Source: an uncultured Candidatus Saccharibacteria bacterium (lineage in GTDB: Bacteria > Patescibacteriota > Saccharimonadia > CAILAD01 > JADZBC01). From it: a stretch of DNA of 58,848 bases. Where the stretch lies: assembly GCA_964436255.1 (NCBI GenBank), contig CAYTBW010000001.1, positions 87,163-146,010 on the forward strand. Direction: 5' to 3'. The position numbers and the translations under genes were made by a program. Under the pieces are notes generated by a model. It was not told the origin of the DNA and did no database searches. It worked only from the letters and a program-made list of their open reading frames with translations. Of this stretch, positions 55,648 through 58,848 are shown one piece after another (the first letter of the stretch is position 1; every line of letters starts with the position of its first letter).

Positions 55648-55678
55648 TTGACGCGCTTACTGACGGTGGGTGTATAAT
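55648..55678 (+). promoter_or_regulatory. Plus-strand promoter-like element (TTGACG-N19-TATAAT, TG immediately 5' of the -10)
   Basis: TTGACG at 55648-55653 and TGTATAAT at 55671-55678. The 19-nt spacer is longer than optimal. No plus-strand CDS lies downstream. Confidence 0.35.
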
Positions 55679-55684
55679 GATTGT

Positions 55685-55768
55685 GTCACCTGTGAGGTGG
55701 CGTCAAACAAGGTAGAGTCCGCTTGCGGACAGCCTACATAAGGAGTCCATAGGGCTCCTTATTTTATT
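55685..55768 (+). ncRNA. Candidate ~85-nt small RNA (three hairpins, the last an intrinsic terminator)
   Basis: Hairpins GTCACCT-GTG-AGGTGGC, GTCCG-CTTG-CGGAC and AAGGAGTCC-ATA-GGGCTCCTT followed by ATTTTATT. It contains no meaningful ORF. The family is unknown. Confidence 0.35.
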
Positions 55769-56486
55769 ACTTCAAGAGTTGCTGCTCTACCTTGGTTATA
55801 TCTAGAATGCCTCGATCTACTACATACTGTTGTAGACTTCGGTCCGCGCCCGTAACGATTGCGATGCCCGCCAGTACGAGGAGCACACCTGTCCCCCGTT
55901 TGAACCAGCCGTACGGATTGGTTGCCCACTCGAACTTGGCAATTACCTTTTGTCCGAACAGCCCTACTGCCAATAGCACCATACATAGTCCTAGGGCATA
56001 AGCTACGATGTAGGCTATGCCTTCGGCAAAGCTGCGCGGCAACACGGTCGAGAGGATGAATAGGTATACAGGGCTGCAGCTAGAGAACACAGGACCCAAC
56101 ATGGCTCCAATCATGATTGAGCCGCCTAGCCCACCTTTTTTGTATGCCCCGCCCAGCGCGCGTTGAGATTTATTGAATAACCCAGTCCAGGCGGTGAGCT
56201 TATCCCACAGCAATGGGAATAACAGAGTGAGACCAAAGAATGCGATCATAACTCCCGACAGGGTGCGCCAGAACACATCCGGTACTGATATAAGCAGGGT
56301 GCTGCCTTTAAGCAACAGCGTGAACACCACGATAGACACGAGCAGCGAGGCGCATACTACAAACGGCTTCTTTTTGTCCGGCTTACCCCCAACTGACCCC
56401 CCTATTACTACCGGAATGATAGGCAATACACACGGCGCCAGAGCAGTCAGGATTCCAGCTAAGAAGGCTACGATTATGAGTGGCAT
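55767..56486 (-). CDS. ccdA: Cytochrome c biogenesis/thiol-disulfide electron transfer membrane protein CcdA (DsbD family)
   Basis: 239 aa, 6 TM, with conserved Cys in LAPCVLP and SSCSPV. Confidence 0.85.
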   Translation of the reverse strand: MPLIIVAFLAGILTALAPCVLPIIPVVIGGSVGGKPDKKKPFVVCASLLVSIVVFTLLLKGSTLLISVPDVFWRTLSGVMIAFFGLTLLFPLLWDKLTAWTGLFNKSQRALGGAYKKGGLGGSIMIGAMLGPVFSSCSPVYLFILSTVLPRSFAEGIAYIVAYALGLCMVLLAVGLFGQKVIAKFEWATNPYGWFKRGTGVLLVLAGIAIVTGADRSLQQYVVDRGILDITKVEQQLLK

Positions 56487-56971
56487 TACAGAAGGTTGGC
56501 GATTAGGGCATCAAGTGAAGGGGTGCTGTAGGCAACATACCTCTTCACCAAGTTACCACTGTCGTCTACAAGCACTAGGGTCGTTTGCGTGGTTACGCCG
56601 TACTTTTGTTTCAGGGCCTGGCTGGAGTCGTAGTCTACTTTAATTATCGTTGTGTTTTCTGGGATTGGCCCAGCTTTAATGCTGGCGTCGAGTGCTTTGC
56701 ACTGCGGACACCATGGAGCGTGGAAGAATAGAATTTTGGTTCCCGTGGTGTTCGCAATTGTGCTGGCGGAATAATCAACGTATTTACCGGCTACCGCTGG
56801 AGCGGTGCTCGGGGTAGCGTCCGTTGCGCTTGGCGCGGCGGCTGGCGTAGTGCCTTGGCTTGTAGTCTGCTTGTCGGCCGTATAGTCATTAGCTTTTGGC
56901 GCAAACATTATCAGTCCTACTACTAGCAAAACCCCAGTTGCAATCAAGATTGGGAGAGTGTATTTTTTCAT
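56486..56971 (-). CDS. Membrane-anchored thioredoxin-like protein
   Basis: N-terminal anchor, Thr/Pro/Ala linker, WCPQC active site. One-nt overlap with ccdA. Confidence 0.8.
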   Translation of the reverse strand: MKKYTLPILIATGVLLVVGLIMFAPKANDYTADKQTTSQGTTPAAAPSATDATPSTAPAVAGKYVDYSASTIANTTGTKILFFHAPWCPQCKALDASIKAGPIPENTTIIKVDYDSSQALKQKYGVTTQTTLVLVDDSGNLVKRYVAYSTPSLDALIANLL

Positions 56972-57016
56972 AGCGCGATTATAGCATATGTGTATAGAAC
57001 TAAACTGAAAGAATTG

Positions 57017-57066
57017 AAACGAAAAAGGCCCACGGGATTGGACCGAAATGGTCTTTTCCGTGGGCC
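57017..57066 (-). terminator. Rho-independent terminator of the high-GC membrane-protein gene
   Basis: Minus strand: GGCCCACGG - 22-nt loop with inner GACC/GGTC pairing - CCGTGGGCC followed by TTTTTCGTTT. Confidence 0.7.
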
Positions 57067-57082
57067 GAGGCCCAAGCCAGAA

Positions 57083-57628
57083 TCACTCCTGGCTGGCCCG
57101 CTTGATCTTCCTGGCCTCCTCCCAGGCGTCGAGCTCAACCCGGTTGAAGGGGTTGACCCGCTCGCTATGGAAGTACCACAGTGCGATCTTCATGGCGCCG
57201 AACTGGAGTAGGCACAGGGCCGACATGACGGCGGCGGTGTAGCCACCGATGACGAGGAGCACCTGGCGTTCTTCCGCCGTGGTGAGCGGCACGAAGGGCT
57301 TGCCCGTTGCCGGGTCCACATCTCCAGCCGCCACCACCTGGTCCACCATCCAGGCAGCGATGTCCTGGGCGATGTTGCCGACCAGGATAGCGCATCCGCT
57401 GACGATCAGGGCGTAGATCGCGACGACCTGGTAGCTTCTCCAGGGGGCGGGCTCGTCGTGCGAGGCCTGCAGGGCCTTGGCGCCGAAGAGCTTGCTGAGT
57501 AGGAGCTGGGCGAAGGGATGGATCTCACCCTCTTCGCGTCGCAGCCACTGGGCCAGCTTGACGGTGGTCACTCGGGCGACGTAGTAGGCCAAGGCCCACC
57601 ACGCCAGGTAGGCAAGGTACATGTACAT
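57083..57628 (-). CDS. High-GC hypothetical membrane protein (about 181 aa)
   Basis: The ORF has strong G/C third-position bias (sample 57241-57300 is 67% GC). About 4 hydrophobic helices. Start taken at MYMYLAY (GAAAGGGG about 10 nt upstream); alternatives are 57673 and 57700. No family recognised. Confidence 0.55.
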   Translation of the reverse strand: MYMYLAYLAWWALAYYVARVTTVKLAQWLRREEGEIHPFAQLLLSKLFGAKALQASHDEPAPWRSYQVVAIYALIVSGCAILVGNIAQDIAAWMVDQVVAAGDVDPATGKPFVPLTTAEERQVLLVIGGYTAAVMSALCLLQFGAMKIALWYFHSERVNPFNRVELDAWEEARKIKRASQE

Positions 57629-57736
57629 GGGGCTTGGGCCCCTTTCATTTCGGGGCGTCTTTTGGTCCGCCATTGAATACAACGGCATACATAATAGCAT
57701 AAGCGCTTACTTTTGTCAATAGATTGAGGGTATGGG

Positions 57737-58429
57737 CTATTCTAGGTTAAAGAGGAGAAAGTGGGCATCGGACTTAGCCGTAATATCTACACGATCTTCA
57801 CGCTCAATACGGACTGCGTCGCCAGCCCGAATTGACTCGTCGTTAACTGTGACATCCCCCGATATAAGCTGCAGCCACAGTGCGCGACCCTCCTCGAGCC
57901 TATGTTCAACAACATCCCCCTTAGTCAGCTTGCAGGCATACAGCCTCATGTCCTGGCGTATATGTATTCCTCCCTCGCTGCCCGAGGCGATGAGGCCCAG
58001 CTTATTCGCGATAGTCGCCGGATCGATGACTTGCTGGTCGTAGCGTGGGGGTGCACCAAACTCGTTTGGTAGGAGCCAGATCTGTAATAAATGAAGTGGC
58101 GTGGACGCAGAGTGGTTGAACTCGCTATGCACAACTCCCGTGCCAGCGTTCATATATTGCACTTCCCCGGCTTTTATAACTGACCCTGTGCCCATGCTGT
58201 CTTTGTGCTCTAGCTCGCCGGAGATGATGTAGGTAATTATCTCCATATTCTCGTGTGGGTGGGGTGGAAAACCGGCCCCGCCAGCAATAACATCTTCGTT
58301 AACTACCCTTAGCGAACGGAAGCCCATATGCGCAGGGTCGTAATAGCTTGCGAATGAAAAGCTGTGCTTGGTTTGTAGCCAGCCATGGTTAGCATGGCCA
58401 CGATCTGCTGATTTGCGGATAGTTATCAT
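57737..58429 (-). CDS. Pirin family protein (quercetin 2,3-dioxygenase-like bicupin)
   Basis: MITIRKSADRGHANHGWL..., HPHENMEIITYIISGELEH metal-binding cupin motif. The start is set at the internal ATG 58429, because the 62 upstream codons of the track ORF run into unrelated high-GC sequence. Confidence 0.88.
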   Translation of the reverse strand: MITIRKSADRGHANHGWLQTKHSFSFASYYDPAHMGFRSLRVVNEDVIAGGAGFPPHPHENMEIITYIISGELEHKDSMGTGSVIKAGEVQYMNAGTGVVHSEFNHSASTPLHLLQIWLLPNEFGAPPRYDQQVIDPATIANKLGLIASGSEGGIHIRQDMRLYACKLTKGDVVEHRLEEGRALWLQLISGDVTVNDESIRAGDAVRIEREDRVDITAKSDAHFLLFNLE

Positions 58430-58553
58430 GAACTCATAATAACAGTTTATCTGAGAATGAAAGAAGGACCCTTCTTTCGAAAGGTCCTTACGGGTGGCGC
58501 GTGGCCGGGGGAGACTCGCTCCCCCGGCCCGTTTGCCGTTGTTGATCCGAAGG

Positions 58554-58848
58554 TCAGCCGTCGAGGCTGGCGTCGGAGCGGTGGTCGATGCCGCCGCCCT
58601 CGCTGCCGGAACCACCGGCGGTGGCGCCGACGAGCTCGCCGGGGTTGAAGCCGAGGCCGTGCTGCATGCGCTGCTCCGCGGAGGTGCGCCAGCCGGCGAT
58701 CTCGTCGATGCTGGCGCCGTCCTCGGCCCAGATCTCCTCGATCTCCGTCAGCACCGGGTCCATCGCCTCGTCGACCACCTCTGCCAGATCACGCATCGCC
58801 GGCGTGTAGCCGTCGGTGATGATCTCGAGGTCGATCCCGAGCACCAGC
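58554..58848 (-). CDS. High-GC ORF of unknown function, possibly truncated by the window edge
   Basis: 96+ codons of acidic protein (…DLAEVVDEAMDPVLTEIEEIWAEDGASIDEI…). Sample 58621-58680 is 75% GC. A GC-rich hairpin (58503-58529) lies downstream of the stop. Confidence 0.45.
   Translation of the reverse strand, partial: LVLGIDLEIITDGYTPAMRDLAEVVDEAMDPVLTEIEEIWAEDGASIDEIAGWRTSAEQRMQHGLGFNPGELVGATAGGSGSEGGGIDHRSDASLDG

Overview
This 58.8-kb chromosomal window is mostly about 38-50% GC, judged from hand-counted 60-nt samples. It reads like the replication-origin neighbourhood of a small-genome monoderm, probably a Patescibacteria/CPR (Saccharibacteria-like) epibiont. That lineage call is inferred from gene content only; no search was run.

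Layout, left to right:
- tRNA-Asn and a GIY-YIG gene.
- A ~25-kb surface-glycan locus (about 1.7-28 kb). It holds gmd, fcl and manC, a GT11 fucosyltransferase, many GT2/GT4 enzymes, three methyltransferases, two acyltransferases, a Wzm/Wzt ABC exporter, and Wzy_C/DUF2079/GT-C-like membrane proteins.
- A VanW gene.
- The origin core: mnmE-jag-yidC-yidD-rnpA-rpmH on the minus strand, then DnaA boxes, dnaA, DnaA boxes plus an AT-rich stretch, dnaN, recF and a DUF721 gene.
- A 12-kb minus-strand operon (38.0-49.9 kb) encoding a minimal type IV secretion-like apparatus: VirB6-like, PrgI/VirB3-like and VirB4 proteins, a VirB4-N-domain-like protein, a 1095-aa LAS-peptidase giant, a PEGA protein, an SGNH-lysozyme fusion and an Ig-like protein. 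It faces five divergently transcribed tandem VirB2/TrbC-like pilin paralogs (49.9-51.8 kb).
- A solute-binding protein, Hsp20, ComFC, tRNA-Ser, CcdA/thioredoxin and pirin.

Main hunt results:
1. The relaxase-less, coupling-protein-less T4SS-like machine is loaded with three cell-wall-degrading activities and five pilins.
2. Three sharply bounded high-GC islands (63-75% GC in samples) sit in the low-GC backbone. One encodes an actinobacterial-type LGFP-repeat plus NlpC/P60-like wall hydrolase, consistent with capture from a high-GC host.
3. A ~390-bp mosaic repeat bounded by terminal inverted repeats (TIRs) has two co-linear copies that bracket the HGT gene and most of the glycan locus (3.3-28.0 kb). 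Their central ~200 bp is inverted relative to each other. A third, internally deleted copy also exists.
4. A secreted protein ends in an intact three-motif bulb-type mannose lectin.
5. An in-frame TGA in the VanW gene is followed by 50 coding-like codons.
6. A promoter-plus-terminator-delimited small-RNA candidate lies at 55.69-55.77 kb.

No rRNA, CRISPR array, transposase or integrase was recognised.
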